64,000 nucleotides of DNA from an uncultured Sphingobacteriaceae bacterium (GCA_964436635.1 CAYTDM010000009.1:959-64958); one strand, 5' to 3'. Counted from the first letter of the stretch, positions 27,654 through 38,497 are shown. Notes: a model not told the origin generated them from the sequence alone. Numbers and translations are program-made.

Positions 27654-28679
27654 TTAAAATTCATTTATGCCATTTACTGTGGTGTATTTAAAACTCAATT
27701 TTTCATCTGGATAAACGTATTTAAACGCACTTTGGCACATTAAAGCGGCTTCATGGAAACCACATAGGATTAACTTTAGCTTTCCTGGGTAGGTGTTGAT
27801 GTCGCCTATAGCATAAATGCGCTCTACGTTCGTCGAGTAGTCAAATGTATCCACTGCAATGGCAGATTTTTCAATATTTAAGCCCCAATCTGCGATGGGT
27901 CCTAATTTAGGACTTAATCCGAATAATGGGATTAAATAATCTACGTCTAATAAGATTTCTTCTTTCGCTTTGTTTTTAATGCCCACCTGTCTTAATTGAC
28001 CATTTTCGTCACCATGAACTGCGCTTAAATTGCTTTGTAAGATCAGATTGATTTTTCCTTGCTCAGCAAGTTTAAATACCTTCTCAGCTGAGTCTGGAGC
28101 ACCACGGAAAGTTTCGCTTCGGTGGACCAAAGTCACCTGTTCAGCAACTTCACTTAAATAAAGTGTCCAATCCAATGCAGAATCTCCACCACCCGCAATG
28201 ACTAATTTCTTGCCTTTATAGATATCAGGGTTGCGGACAAAATAATGAATTCCACCTTTACCTTCATAGTTTAATATGCCTTCGATTTCAGGTCTGCGTG
28301 GTTCAAAGCATCCTAATCCGCCTGCAATTACGACTACAGGTGCATGAATAATGGTTCCTTCGCTACCAATAACGTGGTAAGAGCCATCGGATTGCTTTTC
28401 CAATTGATCTACTCGTTCACCCAATGTAAATGTAGGTTTGAAAGGCTCGATTTGTTTCATTAATTCATCCACTAAATCTTGCGCATCAATAGATGGATAA
28501 CCAGGGATATCGTAAATCGGTTTACGTGGGTAAATTTCAGATAATTGACCACCAACCTGAGGTAACACATCGATTAAATGACACCTCATTTTTAATAATC
28601 CCGCTTCAAATACAGCAAAAAGACCAACGGGTCCAGCTCCAATAATCGCAATATCCGTTTTTATAATTTCGTTACTCAT
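27654..28679 (-). CDS. Ferredoxin-NADP+ reductase, thioredoxin-reductase-like (YumC type)
   Basis: IIGAGPVGLF FAD motif and IAGGGDSALDW NADPH motif. It has no CxxC redox pair, so it is not a true TrxR. Confidence 0.85.
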   Translation of the reverse strand: MSNEIIKTDIAIIGAGPVGLFAVFEAGLLKMRCHLIDVLPQVGGQLSEIYPRKPIYDIPGYPSIDAQDLVDELMKQIEPFKPTFTLGERVDQLEKQSDGSYHVIGSEGTIIHAPVVVIAGGLGCFEPRRPEIEGILNYEGKGGIHYFVRNPDIYKGKKLVIAGGGDSALDWTLYLSEVAEQVTLVHRSETFRGAPDSAEKVFKLAEQGKINLILQSNLSAVHGDENGQLRQVGIKNKAKEEILLDVDYLIPLFGLSPKLGPIADWGLNIEKSAIAVDTFDYSTNVERIYAIGDINTYPGKLKLILCGFHEAALMCQSAFKYVYPDEKLSFKYTTVNGINEF

Positions 28680-28684
28680 AGTAC

Positions 28685-29131
28685 TTATCGTTCACTTTTT
28701 AGTTCAAGATTGTCGTAAATTGTATTTAAGATGCGTTTCAGGTGTTCAAAATCTGCTTCATCCAAGTTTTTCCAAGCTTGCATACGTATCCCCACTACTT
28801 TTTCATTTAATTCATGAAGTTTTTGGGTACCTAAGCTCGTTAAATGTAAGATGAAACTTCTACGATCATTCGGATGGATGACCCGCTCCACAAGTCCTTT
28901 ATGCACTAAGATGTCCACAATTCTTGTGAGGGTAGGTTGATCTTTGTCGCATCGTTCTGCTAATTCTTTTTGGGATAAATGTTCGCCTTGCCCGAGTGTT
29001 TTTAACACCATCCATTGGTCGACAGTGACTCCAAAATTCCCTGAATTAAAGCAAAATTGGGCGTATTGTTTGACTCGTTTAGCCGTGCGGTCTAAGAGCA
29101 AAGAATACATGTTAAATTTATCTGTTGCCAT
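28685..29131 (-). CDS. MarR family transcriptional regulator
   Basis: wHTH block (LSQKELAERCDKDQPTLTRIVDILVHKGLVERV.HPNDRR). I chose the ATG at 29131 because a -7 box (29149-29156) lies inside the longer ORF-track version. Confidence 0.85.
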   Translation of the reverse strand: MATDKFNMYSLLLDRTAKRVKQYAQFCFNSGNFGVTVDQWMVLKTLGQGEHLSQKELAERCDKDQPTLTRIVDILVHKGLVERVIHPNDRRSFILHLTSLGTQKLHELNEKVVGIRMQAWKNLDEADFEHLKRILNTIYDNLELKSER

Positions 29132-29148
29132 AATAATAATTAGCACGA

Positions 29149-29156
29149 CAAATATA
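29149..29156 (-). promoter_or_regulatory. Bacteroidota -7 promoter box (TATATTTG) for the MarR-led cluster
   Basis: Exact TAnnTTTG on the minus strand, 17 nt upstream of the ATG at 29131. Confidence 0.45.
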
Positions 29157-29300
29157 CGGCATTCCCCTAAATTATACAACAATAAAACCTAAATTTTAAT
29201 AGTCTCAGGAAGTTAATCTTGTGTTTACAATTTGTTTTTTTGGGCTTAACATACAGTTAATATTAAGTTAGTAATTATGCATCATTAAAATTAACATAAG

Positions 29301-30176
29301 ATGTTTAAATATTTTTTAGGCTTTATCGTATTAAGTTTCGTCGTATTTGAATCTTGTTTTTCAGGCAAATCCAAGTACGAAGCGATTCGGGTAAGAGGCT
29401 CTGATTCAGAAGTTAATTTAGTTCAATCTATAGCAGAAAATTACATGGATAACCATGACAAGGTTTCTGTGGGTGTGACCGGTGGAGGATCAGGTGCAGG
29501 CATTGCTGCATTGATCAATAAAAAGACAGACTTAGCAAATTCTTCACGTTCGATCACTGAAGAAGAGTTAGGTTTTGCGATTAATCGCGGAGTAAATCCA
29601 TTTGAAATTGTCTTTGCGATGGATGCGTTAGCGATCATCGTACATGAAAATAACACACTTGATTCTATACATCTGAATGAACTGGCTGCGATCTATACGG
29701 GAAGTACAAAGACTTGGGGGCTGGGAAGTGTTGGAAATCCACCGATCACCTTATATGGACGCCAAAGTTCCTCAGGAACCTATTCGTTTTTTAGAGAAGC
29801 CATTTTAAAAGCTGAATACGACCAAAGTATGATCGGTATGAGTGGCACGGCACAAATCGTGGAAGCCATTCGTAAAGATCAACACGGCATTGGATATGTG
29901 AGTGCTGGTTATTTAAATGAGCAGGTGTTAAGGGGGCTGAAGGTATTACACATTGTGAATCCGAACAATGGATTTGCATATTCGCCAATGGATAAAGAGG
30001 CCATCACTAATGGTCAGTACCCCATTACTCGTCCACTTTTACAATATACAGATGGCGCTCCTTCCGGTGTTTTATTAGACTTTGTAAAATTTCAATTTAC
30101 TGAATTGGGTGCAAAAATCATTGAAAACAATGGGTTCTATCCTGTAAAAGCTGATTCAACGATTTTATCTCTTTAA
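29301..30176 (+). CDS. pstS: Phosphate ABC transporter substrate-binding protein
   Basis: Lipoprotein-type signal (FESC), a GSGAG phosphate-binding loop, and its position ahead of pstCAB. Confidence 0.9.
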   Translation: MFKYFLGFIVLSFVVFESCFSGKSKYEAIRVRGSDSEVNLVQSIAENYMDNHDKVSVGVTGGGSGAGIAALINKKTDLANSSRSITEEELGFAINRGVNPFEIVFAMDALAIIVHENNTLDSIHLNELAAIYTGSTKTWGLGSVGNPPITLYGRQSSSGTYSFFREAILKAEYDQSMIGMSGTAQIVEAIRKDQHGIGYVSAGYLNEQVLRGLKVLHIVNPNNGFAYSPMDKEAITNGQYPITRPLLQYTDGAPSGVLLDFVKFQFTELGAKIIENNGFYPVKADSTILSL

Positions 30177-30187
30177 AAAGACGCACT

Positions 30188-31069
30188 ATGTTCTATAGAA
30201 AATTAGTAGACGGAATCATGAAAATCACCTTTGGAGCAGCAGGGGTATTTACTGTTTTCGTTTTGTTAGGGATCGTGGTTCTTCTAGTCAGCAATGCGTT
30301 AAAAGCCTTTGAAGCCATCCCGTTTTCCTCCTTCTTTAATACACGCTGGAATCCATCTGCATTGGGAACCCCAAGTTACGGTATTTTACAATTATTATGG
30401 AGTTCATTTTTAGTGACGGCGGGAGCTTTAATTATTGCCATTCCTTTAGGAATCGGAACTGCAGCTTATCTTTCTGAAGTCGCTTCTCCAAGAGTTAGGC
30501 AAATCATTAAGCCAATCATTGAAATATTAGCAGGGATCCCGTCCGTGGCCATTGGTTTTATTGGTATCGTTTTAATCGGACCCGCCATCGCTGATTGGTT
30601 CGAATTAAGCAATGGTTTTAATGCCTTAAATGGAGCGATTTTGTTAGCTTTTATGTCTTTACCGACCATTATTAGTGTTTCAGAAGATGCTTTTCAATCC
30701 GTTCCTCAATCTTTTAGAGAAGGTTCTTATGCCTTGGGGGCAAATAAATGGACGACCTTAGTTCGAGTGGTGTTACCAGCTGCGGCATCGGGTGTAATTG
30801 CGGCTTGCATTTTAGGATTTGGTCGTGCCATTGGTGAAACCATGACTGTGTTAATGGTTACAGGAAATGCGACTGCTATGCCAGATGGATTCTTCGATCC
30901 GGTTCGGACCCTGACGGCTACCATCGCGATTGAGTTAGGGGAGGTGCCATATGACACTTCTCATTACTACGCACTTTTTGTTCTTGGTAGTGTTTTATTT
31001 ATCATCAGCTTAGCTGTTAATTTTCTTTCTGAGTGGGTGGCTTCGCGGTTTAGATATAAAGTTAATTAA
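30188..31069 (+). CDS. pstC: Phosphate ABC transporter permease PstC
   Basis: 6-TM permease with an EAA-type loop (SYALGANKWTTL). Confidence 0.9.
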   Translation: MFYRKLVDGIMKITFGAAGVFTVFVLLGIVVLLVSNALKAFEAIPFSSFFNTRWNPSALGTPSYGILQLLWSSFLVTAGALIIAIPLGIGTAAYLSEVASPRVRQIIKPIIEILAGIPSVAIGFIGIVLIGPAIADWFELSNGFNALNGAILLAFMSLPTIISVSEDAFQSVPQSFREGSYALGANKWTTLVRVVLPAAASGVIAACILGFGRAIGETMTVLMVTGNATAMPDGFFDPVRTLTATIAIELGEVPYDTSHYYALFVLGSVLFIISLAVNFLSEWVASRFRYKVN

Positions 31070-31080
31070 TTCAATTAAAG

Positions 31081-31938
31081 ATGAATATATCAAAAATTAA
31101 AGGCATAGTTGGCATACAGTTTTTATGGGTGTGTACACTCATTGTATTGGCCTTTATCTTTCTTATTTTGACGGATATTTTTGTCAAGGGTGTCGGTGTA
31201 TTAAGTTGGGATTTTATTTTTTCTATTCCCACCAAAGGGATGACAGAAGGAGGGATTTATCCCGCCATAGCAGGCACATTATTAGTGACCATGATCACCG
31301 CTTTATTTAGTATTCCAGTAGGAGTGGCCACCGCTATTTACTTAAACGAATATGCAAAAGACCATTGGGTCACTCGAGGAATCCGGGCTTCCATTAGAAA
31401 TTTGGCAGGAGTGCCTTCGATTATTTATGGTTTGTTTGGTGTCGCTTTATTTGTCGAAGGTGCAGGATTAGGAAGTTCTGTCATTTCATCTGGCTTGACG
31501 CTTGGCTTAATGACATTGCCCTATATCATCACTTCTACCGAAGAAGCGTTAAGATCAGTTCCACATGCTTACAGAGAAGGCGCATTAGCCTTAGGAGCCA
31601 CTAAATGGGAAGCGATTCAAACTACTGTTTTGCCTTCGGCTATTCCAGGAATCACAACAGGAGCGATCTTAGGCCTCTCACGTGCTGCAGGTGAAACAGC
31701 CCCTATTTTGTTCACGGGCGTTACATTTTACTTGAGATTTCCTCCAGATTCTTTAAATACGGAATTTATGGCGCTACCTTATCATTTGTATATTTTATCT
31801 ACTCAACATCACGCGATCGATGAAGTTCGTCCTTTAGCTTATGGTACTGCGCTGGTTTTGATCTTCTTAGTCGTCATATTAAATATTATTGCCTTCCTCA
31901 TTCGTTATAAATTCAATCATTTACACGTAAAAAAATGA
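31081..31938 (+). CDS. pstA: Phosphate ABC transporter permease PstA
   Basis: Permease with REGALALGATKWEAI loop. Its end overlaps pstB by 4 nt. Confidence 0.9.
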   Translation: MNISKIKGIVGIQFLWVCTLIVLAFIFLILTDIFVKGVGVLSWDFIFSIPTKGMTEGGIYPAIAGTLLVTMITALFSIPVGVATAIYLNEYAKDHWVTRGIRASIRNLAGVPSIIYGLFGVALFVEGAGLGSSVISSGLTLGLMTLPYIITSTEEALRSVPHAYREGALALGATKWEAIQTTVLPSAIPGITTGAILGLSRAAGETAPILFTGVTFYLRFPPDSLNTEFMALPYHLYILSTQHHAIDEVRPLAYGTALVLIFLVVILNIIAFLIRYKFNHLHVKK

Positions 31939-32696
31939 ACGAGCAAATTAAATTAGAAGTCAAAGACTTAAACTTGTTTTTCGGTGAAAAACAGGTCTTG
32001 AAAGGAATTAATTTATCTATTCCGAAAAACAGCATTGTCTCATTAATAGGACCATCCGGTTGTGGAAAATCATCTTTATTGCGTTCCATGAATCGCATGC
32101 ATGATTTAAATAATGCAGCAAAAATCACGGGTGACATCTTATTAGATGGACAAAGTATTTTTGAAAATGGAGCCGATCCGGTGGATGTTCGAAAAAAAAT
32201 TGGGATGGTTTTTCAGCGCCCCAATCCATTCCCTAAATCCATTTTTAACAATGTTGCTTATGGGTTACAGATTAATGGCATCGCAAAAAATGGAGCATTG
32301 AAAGCATCTGTGGAACAAGCTTTAAAAGATTGTTACTTATGGGATGAACTTTCAGATAATTTGGGAAGAAGTGCCATGGAAATGTCTGGTGGTCAACAAC
32401 AACGTTTATGTATCGCGAGAACCATTGCCATTCGCCCAGATGTATTATTGATGGACGAACCATGTTCTGCATTGGACCCAATCAGTACCGCCAAAATTGA
32501 AGAATTGATTCTCAAATTAAAAGAAAAATACACCATCATCATCGTTACCCATAACATGCAACAAGCCATTCGTGTATCTGATTATACAGGTTTTATGTAT
32601 TTGGGTGAGCTCGTTGAATTCGATCGCACGGAAAAAGTTTTTAGAACGCCTGGAAAGGAATTAACGAAACGATATGTAGAAGGAACGTTCGGATAG
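31935..32696 (+). CDS. pstB: Phosphate ABC transporter ATP-binding protein
   Basis: Walker A (GPSGCGKSS), signature (SGGQQQRL), Walker B (LLMDEP). Confidence 0.95.
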   Translation: MNEQIKLEVKDLNLFFGEKQVLKGINLSIPKNSIVSLIGPSGCGKSSLLRSMNRMHDLNNAAKITGDILLDGQSIFENGADPVDVRKKIGMVFQRPNPFPKSIFNNVAYGLQINGIAKNGALKASVEQALKDCYLWDELSDNLGRSAMEMSGGQQQRLCIARTIAIRPDVLLMDEPCSALDPISTAKIEELILKLKEKYTIIIVTHNMQQAIRVSDYTGFMYLGELVEFDRTEKVFRTPGKELTKRYVEGTFG

Positions 32697-32786
32697 GATG
32701 ATTTTCCTGAATTGAATGGTAGGTAATTTTAAAAGCTTTTAGTAGTTTTGGTTCTATTATAGCTGTTAATTAAAAAACCTACTTTC

Positions 32787-33482
32787 ATGTTCAAAATGCG
32801 TTCTAATTTTATCGGAATATTCTTATTTTTTATTTGCGCTTTAGGCGCCAATGCCCAATCGAATAATGGCCAATCGAATAATGCTCAGGCGGCTATCTCT
32901 GAAGATTTGCTAACGCAACATCATGAGGAAATAAACAACTTTTGGCAGGATCGATTTGATAAATTATTAGCAGATTCAACTTTTGCGTTGAATGAAGAAG
33001 ATCGATCTTATTTGTCTTTTTTTGCACCAAATTATGCTTATCAAGTAGAAGCGTCTGTCCAACTTCTCTTCGGAGAAACACCTTTTCAAATGCCTACCTA
33101 TGCAGGCACGACTTCAGAGTATATTCGATATGCGATCGCAACCTTTAAAGCGCCGACTGGAGAAGAAGTGTCTTTAACCTTATATAGAAGTACTCGATTA
33201 TTTAACGATCCAAATTATAAAGATTATTTATTTGTTCCCTATTTAGACAGTACAAATGGTGAACAAACCTATGGTGGGGGCCGTTATTTAGATCTTTCTA
33301 TCTCATCCATTCAAAATGGGAAACTCACTATTGATTTTAATAAATCCTATAATCCCTTGTGTGCTTACAGTACGGGATATCGCTGTCCAATTCCTCCAGC
33401 AGACAATCATTTAAGTATTCCTATTTATGCCGGGGAATTAAAATATACAGGAGAAATTAAAGCTCGTCCAGCAGTAAATTAA
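32787..33482 (+). CDS. DUF1684 domain protein (secreted)
   Basis: Signal peptide. The YGGGRYLD and NPLCAYS..YRCPIPP blocks match what I recall of DUF1684. Confidence 0.7.
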   Translation: MFKMRSNFIGIFLFFICALGANAQSNNGQSNNAQAAISEDLLTQHHEEINNFWQDRFDKLLADSTFALNEEDRSYLSFFAPNYAYQVEASVQLLFGETPFQMPTYAGTTSEYIRYAIATFKAPTGEEVSLTLYRSTRLFNDPNYKDYLFVPYLDSTNGEQTYGGGRYLDLSISSIQNGKLTIDFNKSYNPLCAYSTGYRCPIPPADNHLSIPIYAGELKYTGEIKARPAVN

Positions 33483-33609
33483 TCAAATCCAGTGAATTGT
33501 AAGCGTTTATTTACAATCATTCTGTGCTTTAATTTTCAGCTTTAAAAAAGGATGCTTAGTTTTACTAATCATCTAATATCATTTTAACCAATCTAGCTCA
33601 TTCAGCATT

Positions 33610-35772
33610 ATGAAGAAAAAATTTCTTGTATTTAGTATGGCTATGTGTTTTTCTCTAATGGGATTTGCGCAAGCTAAAAAAACGGGTATTCAGGTTACTG
33701 ACCTCCTTAAAATAAAGGATGTAAGCAGTATTCAATTAAGTCCAACAGAAGATTTCGCCATATTTTCTGTGCGAAGTGTCGTGGATGGCGATCGCAAATG
33801 GGAGCATAACTATCAGAATCAATGGTGGATTGTGCGTTTTGAGCCTTCAGTAACTTATCGTCCGTTAACTTCTGGGAAAGAAGGTTTTGGGCAACCAACT
33901 ATTTCACCTGATGGGAAGAAAATTTTGTTTACTCGTGCTGCTGGTGGGTCTTCACAATTATTTATTATGCATTTGGATGGGGGAGACCCAATTCAATTAA
34001 CCAATTTAAAAAATGGTGCTGGTTCTCCTACTTGGAGTCCAGATGGTAAAAAAATCGTTTTTAGTTCATCTTTCTCGTTGGAGAATTTCTTGACAAATAG
34101 CGAAGTAAATCCTGGCAATTTGTTACCGAATTATAGCCTTGAAAAGCCCGGTTTTGAAGACAATAGTCATTTGTTGCCAAACAAAGCTACCGCGAATCCA
34201 AATGGGTCAATGGATGAAATTAGAGCTTATTTAGCTTTAAATGAGAAAGATCGTAAAGCGAAGGTAATTAATAAGCTAAGGTTTCAAGGTGAGCGTTCTG
34301 TGGCTGTTAGTTACGGTGTAAGCCAATTATTTGTGATCGATGCCGATGGTGAAAGCAATTTAAAGCAATTAACTTATGGGTATTCTTCAGTAGGTGGTGT
34401 ACAGTTTAAAGATAACAATACGATTTGGGTATCAGGAAGTAAGGATTCGAATGAAAATCCGGAAAGAGGGTCTCAATCAGCTATTTTTTCTATTGATTTA
34501 AATACAGGAAAAAAAGAAGAATTGATCAGTTTAGAAAATAATAGTGTTCGATTGAATGCCATTTCTCCAGACGGTCAAACCTATGTATATTCGAGTACCA
34601 TCATGGATTCACTCGTGATTTCAAAATTACATATCGTTACGGAACGCAATGGTAAGAAATCAGAAAGTGTGCTGGATTTAGATCGTCAAGTTTCTGGCGT
34701 TACTTTTGATCCAAGTGGACAAGAGTTGTATTTAAACGTGTCTAGAAATGGAGGAAGCGCTTTGTATAAATACACGCTTAAAAATGGTCAAATCGACAAA
34801 TTAACCAGTGATGATCTTGGAATTAATAGTTTTGCGGTAGGTAAAAACCGAATTATCTATGCGCAAACGGACATCACCAATCCATCGGAGTTATACATCG
34901 CGGATCGCAATGTTCAAAAACCTGTTCAAGTAACAGATTTTAATAGTTCTTGGTTAAAAGAAAGAGAATTAGTTCCTGTAGAAAAATACAGTTTCACCAA
35001 TGAAATCGGCTTAGATATTGAGTATTGGATTATGAAGCCTTTAAATTTTAAAGCTGGCGAGAAATATCCTTTATTATTACAGATTCATGGTGGCCCAGCG
35101 TCCATGTTTGGTCCAGGTAATGCAAGCATGTGGCATGAATATCAATATTTTGCTGCGCAAGGTTATGGCATCGTTTACAGCAATCCAAGAGGATCAAGCG
35201 GTTATGGCGTGAAACTTTTACAAGGTAATTACCGCGATTGGGGGAATGGTCCTATGCGCGATGTGTTGACTGCCGTGGATAAAACAGTGGAACAAGGTTG
35301 GGTAGACACGAAGAAATTATTAATCACTGGTGGATCTTATGCTGGGTATTTAACCAATTGGATCATTAGCCATGACCATCGTTTCTTGGCGGCGAGTGCA
35401 CAACGTGGCGTGTACCATTTAACGACTTTCTTTGGAGAAGGAAATGCGTCGAGTTTAGTGCCAAGGTATTTTGGCGGGTATCCTTGGGAGCCTGAAGTAA
35501 GAAAGATTTTAGAAGAACAATCTCCATATAATTATGTAGATAAAATTCAAACGCCTTTCTTAATTTTCCATGGAGAAGTGGATTTAAGGACTGGGGTTAT
35601 CCAAAGTGAGATGCTTTATAAGAGTTTAAAACAATTGGGCAAACCAGTTGAATACGTGCGTCATCCAAATGGAGACCATGAGTTAACTCGTTCGGGCGAT
35701 AACCGTCAACGCATTGATCAAATGTTAAGAACCTATGAATTCTTTGAACGGTACATTAAGAGTGCTAAATAG
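33610..35772 (+). CDS. S9 family serine peptidase with N-terminal TolB-like beta-propeller
   Basis: Repeated SPDGKK propeller blades. Catalytic GGSYAGY nucleophile elbow, with distal D and H (GDHEL). Confidence 0.9.
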   Translation: MKKKFLVFSMAMCFSLMGFAQAKKTGIQVTDLLKIKDVSSIQLSPTEDFAIFSVRSVVDGDRKWEHNYQNQWWIVRFEPSVTYRPLTSGKEGFGQPTISPDGKKILFTRAAGGSSQLFIMHLDGGDPIQLTNLKNGAGSPTWSPDGKKIVFSSSFSLENFLTNSEVNPGNLLPNYSLEKPGFEDNSHLLPNKATANPNGSMDEIRAYLALNEKDRKAKVINKLRFQGERSVAVSYGVSQLFVIDADGESNLKQLTYGYSSVGGVQFKDNNTIWVSGSKDSNENPERGSQSAIFSIDLNTGKKEELISLENNSVRLNAISPDGQTYVYSSTIMDSLVISKLHIVTERNGKKSESVLDLDRQVSGVTFDPSGQELYLNVSRNGGSALYKYTLKNGQIDKLTSDDLGINSFAVGKNRIIYAQTDITNPSELYIADRNVQKPVQVTDFNSSWLKERELVPVEKYSFTNEIGLDIEYWIMKPLNFKAGEKYPLLLQIHGGPASMFGPGNASMWHEYQYFAAQGYGIVYSNPRGSSGYGVKLLQGNYRDWGNGPMRDVLTAVDKTVEQGWVDTKKLLITGGSYAGYLTNWIISHDHRFLAASAQRGVYHLTTFFGEGNASSLVPRYFGGYPWEPEVRKILEEQSPYNYVDKIQTPFLIFHGEVDLRTGVIQSEMLYKSLKQLGKPVEYVRHPNGDHELTRSGDNRQRIDQMLRTYEFFERYIKSAK

Positions 35773-35797
35773 GATTAGATTAATCAGATTGAATACA

Positions 35798-35831
35798 AAA
35801 AAAGCTGGTCAATACTCTTGACCAGCTTTTT
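35798..35831. terminator. Bidirectional rho-independent terminator (S9 peptidase / metQ convergent)
   Basis: AAAAAGCTGGTCAA-tactc-TTGACCAGCTTTTT, with flanking A and T runs. Confidence 0.75.
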
Positions 35832-35919
35832 CTTTTATAGTTATAACACTTCAGATCATTTGGATCTGTTTACTTAATAATTTTTGTTCTATCTAGCGTT
35901 TTTTTTGCGCAGTTTTCAA

Positions 35920-36738
35920 TTACCAACCTTTAATCGCACTTCCTTTAAATTCACGTTCAGCAGCTGCGGCTACTTCTTCGGATTGATAGGCTTGAACAAA
36001 CTTCTTAATTTTCTCCTCGTGTTGATTGTCTTCACGGGCCACCACCAAATTCACGTAGGGCGATTCTTTATCTTCCACAAATAATCCATCGCGACTAGCG
36101 ATTAATCCAATAGGTGTAGCAAAAGTATTGTTGATGATCGCAATGGTCACGTTTTTGTCATCCAGCGCTCTTGGCAATTGAGGTGCTTCCAATTCCATGA
36201 TTTTTAAGTTTAATGGGTTAGAAACGATGTCATTGACCGTTGGCAACAAACCAACATCCTCTTTTAATGTAATTAATCCTGCATGCTGCATCAACAGCAA
36301 TGCACGACCTCCATTCGTAGGGTCATTTGGAATTAGAATGGTGTTACCATCTGTCAATTCATCTATGGATTTGATTTTTTTAGAATACCCTGCTAATGGA
36401 TAAACGAAGGTGTTTCCTACTATAGCAAAGTTATAGCCACGTTGTTTAGCTTGGACGTCTAAATACGGTTTATTTTGAAAAACATTGGCATCGAGGTCGC
36501 CTTGGTGCAATGCTTCGTTTGGCAATACATAATCGTTAAATTGAACCAACTCGACGGTCAATCCAAATTTCTCTTCTGCAACACGTTTTGCTGTCTCAGC
36601 CAACACAAATTCTGGACCGGATTGTACTCCGACTTTGATGTGATTTGGATCGGATTCTTTCGTGTTTGAACCACAAGATGCTAAAAAAACAATGGCCGAA
36701 CACAGCACATTTAATAAGGCGACTTTTTTGAAATTCAT
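35920..36738 (-). CDS. metQ: Methionine ABC transporter substrate-binding lipoprotein (MetQ/NlpA family)
   Basis: Lipobox LASC and NlpA-family blocks. Last gene of the metNIQ order. Confidence 0.9.
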   Translation of the reverse strand: MNFKKVALLNVLCSAIVFLASCGSNTKESDPNHIKVGVQSGPEFVLAETAKRVAEEKFGLTVELVQFNDYVLPNEALHQGDLDANVFQNKPYLDVQAKQRGYNFAIVGNTFVYPLAGYSKKIKSIDELTDGNTILIPNDPTNGGRALLLMQHAGLITLKEDVGLLPTVNDIVSNPLNLKIMELEAPQLPRALDDKNVTIAIINNTFATPIGLIASRDGLFVEDKESPYVNLVVAREDNQHEEKIKKFVQAYQSEEVAAAAEREFKGSAIKGW

Positions 36739-36804
36739 TGTTATATATATTATTTAAGAAGTTTAAATCATTAAAATTAGATGTAAAGGTAGAATATTAG
36801 CTCT

Positions 36805-37461
36805 TTATTTTCGGTGATCTACTTTTTTCGAGACAAAATCGCTGATGTATTGAATGAAAAACACAAATAAGACTAATAAGACCAAGACGGTATTCATCAC
36901 GATCACATCGTAACCCACATATCCATATTGATAGCCGATTTGTCCCAAACCACCCGCACCGACTGCTCCACCCATGGCTGAATACCCTACTAATGAAATC
37001 AAGGTGATACTGGCACCATTGATAATCGATGGCATGGCTTCAGGTAATAAGACTTTGGTAACGATCTGATACGGTCGTGCGCCCATGGCTCTGGCAGCCT
37101 CAATCAATCCAGCTGGCACTTCTAACAAACTATTTTCAACCATTCTGGCAATAAATGGTGCCGCACCAATGCTTAATGGCACCAGCGCAGCTTGAACGCC
37201 AATAGATGTTCCGACCAGCATTCTGGTAAAAGGAATCATCCAAACAATCAAAATAATAAATGGGATGGCTCTAAAAATATTGACCACCACCGAAAGAACT
37301 CGGTTCATCCAAAGATTTTCCATTAATTGGCCTTTTCGAGTTAAAAAAAGCAGCACGCCAGTAGGCAAGCCTAAAAGAAAACCAAAAAAACCTGATAGAA
37401 ACGTCATGATGATCGTTTCCCAAGTGCCCTTAATGAGCAAGTCAATCATTGCTTCAGACAT
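36805..37461 (-). CDS. metI: Methionine ABC transporter permease
   Basis: 5-TM permease with an [11 protein letters not shown] loop. It overlaps metN by 8 nt. Confidence 0.9.
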   Translation of the reverse strand: MSEAMIDLLIKGTWETIIMTFLSGFFGFLLGLPTGVLLFLTRKGQLMENLWMNRVLSVVVNIFRAIPFIILIVWMIPFTRMLVGTSIGVQAALVPLSIGAAPFIARMVENSLLEVPAGLIEAARAMGARPYQIVTKVLLPEAMPSIINGASITLISLVGYSAMGGAVGAGGLGQIGYQYGYVGYDVIVMNTVLVLLVLFVFFIQYISDFVSKKVDHRK

Positions 37462-38485
37462 ATCCTAATTGAGTTACCCGTATTTGATGTTGTTCAAAAA
37501 ATTTAATGGCTTCATCCCAAAGCTTTTCCTCTCCTAATAAAGTGACGAGCATGATTCCAAACTGAATTCCAGCTGTATGATCTAATTGAGAACTGACAAT
37601 TTGAAAATCCATTCCTACCTGCCTGGACATATTCGACAAAACCGGAGTGGAAGCGGATTGACTGGAAATTTCCAATTTTAAGAATGGCACTTTACCCGCT
37701 TCTTTTGAAGCAGTCAATCGCTCTTTGTACATCTCAGGAATTTCTACATGCAGTGCAGAAGCGATAAACTCTTTTGCTAATGCGGTTTGAGGATTGGAAA
37801 ACAATTCTCCTACGGGTCCTTGCTCGATCAATTTCCCTCCACTAATGATGGCTACTTCATCGCAAATGGATTTTACAACATCCATTTCATGTGTAATCAA
37901 TAATATAGTAATCCCTAAGCGTCTATTAATATCCTTTAATAAGGTTAAGATGGAACGAGTGGTCGCTGGATCGAGTGCACTGGTCGCTTCGTCACATAAC
38001 AAAACTTTTGGATTGTTTGCTAAGGTTCTTGCTATCGCAACTCGTTGCTTCTGTCCACCCGATAGACTTGCAGGATAGTCGTTCCTTTTATCTTCTAAAT
38101 CCACCAACTTTAGTAATTCCTGCACACGTTGGTTTATTTGAGTCTTGGAATAGCCTGCTAATTCTAAAGACAAGGCAATGTTTCCTGCAACTGTTCTGGA
38201 TGATAGCAAATTAAAATGTTGAAAAATCATTCCAATTTGCCTTCTTGCGTTCGCTAATTCTCTATTTGATAAAGAAAGAAGATCGGTATTGTCTACAAGC
38301 ACTTTACCTGAAGTGGGTTTTTCTAATAGATTCACACAGCGAATTAGGGTGCTTTTTCCAGCACCAGAAGCTCCAATAACACCATAAATTTTCCCTGCAG
38401 GCACAGCTAAGGAAACGTTATCTAATGCTTTAAAAGCGGTATGGTTCTTATAAAAAGTTTTACTTATGCCTTCGAGGACGATCAT
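37454..38485 (-). CDS. metN: Methionine ABC transporter ATP-binding protein with C-terminal NIL domain
   Basis: Walker A (GASGAGKST), [19 protein letters not shown], plus a C-terminal NIL-like regulatory domain. Confidence 0.95.
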   Translation of the reverse strand: MIVLEGISKTFYKNHTAFKALDNVSLAVPAGKIYGVIGASGAGKSTLIRCVNLLEKPTSGKVLVDNTDLLSLSNRELANARRQIGMIFQHFNLLSSRTVAGNIALSLELAGYSKTQINQRVQELLKLVDLEDKRNDYPASLSGGQKQRVAIARTLANNPKVLLCDEATSALDPATTRSILTLLKDINRRLGITILLITHEMDVVKSICDEVAIISGGKLIEQGPVGELFSNPQTALAKEFIASALHVEIPEMYKERLTASKEAGKVPFLKLEISSQSASTPVLSNMSRQVGMDFQIVSSQLDHTAGIQFGIMLVTLLGEEKLWDEAIKFFEQHQIRVTQLGYV

Positions 38486-38489
38486 CCTA

Positions 38490-38497
38490 CAAACATA
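38490..38497 (-). promoter_or_regulatory. Bacteroidota -7 promoter box (TATGTTTG) 4 nt from the metN ATG; predicts a leaderless mRNA
   Basis: Exact TAnnTTTG on the minus strand, then TAGG, then ATG. Confidence 0.4.

Noticed and set aside
29301-32696. pstSCAB operon lacking phoU and a recognisable Pho box
   Set aside because: phoU and phoBR are frequently unlinked in Bacteroidota, and absence from one window is not informative. The duplicated TTAACATA octamers upstream are too short to call.
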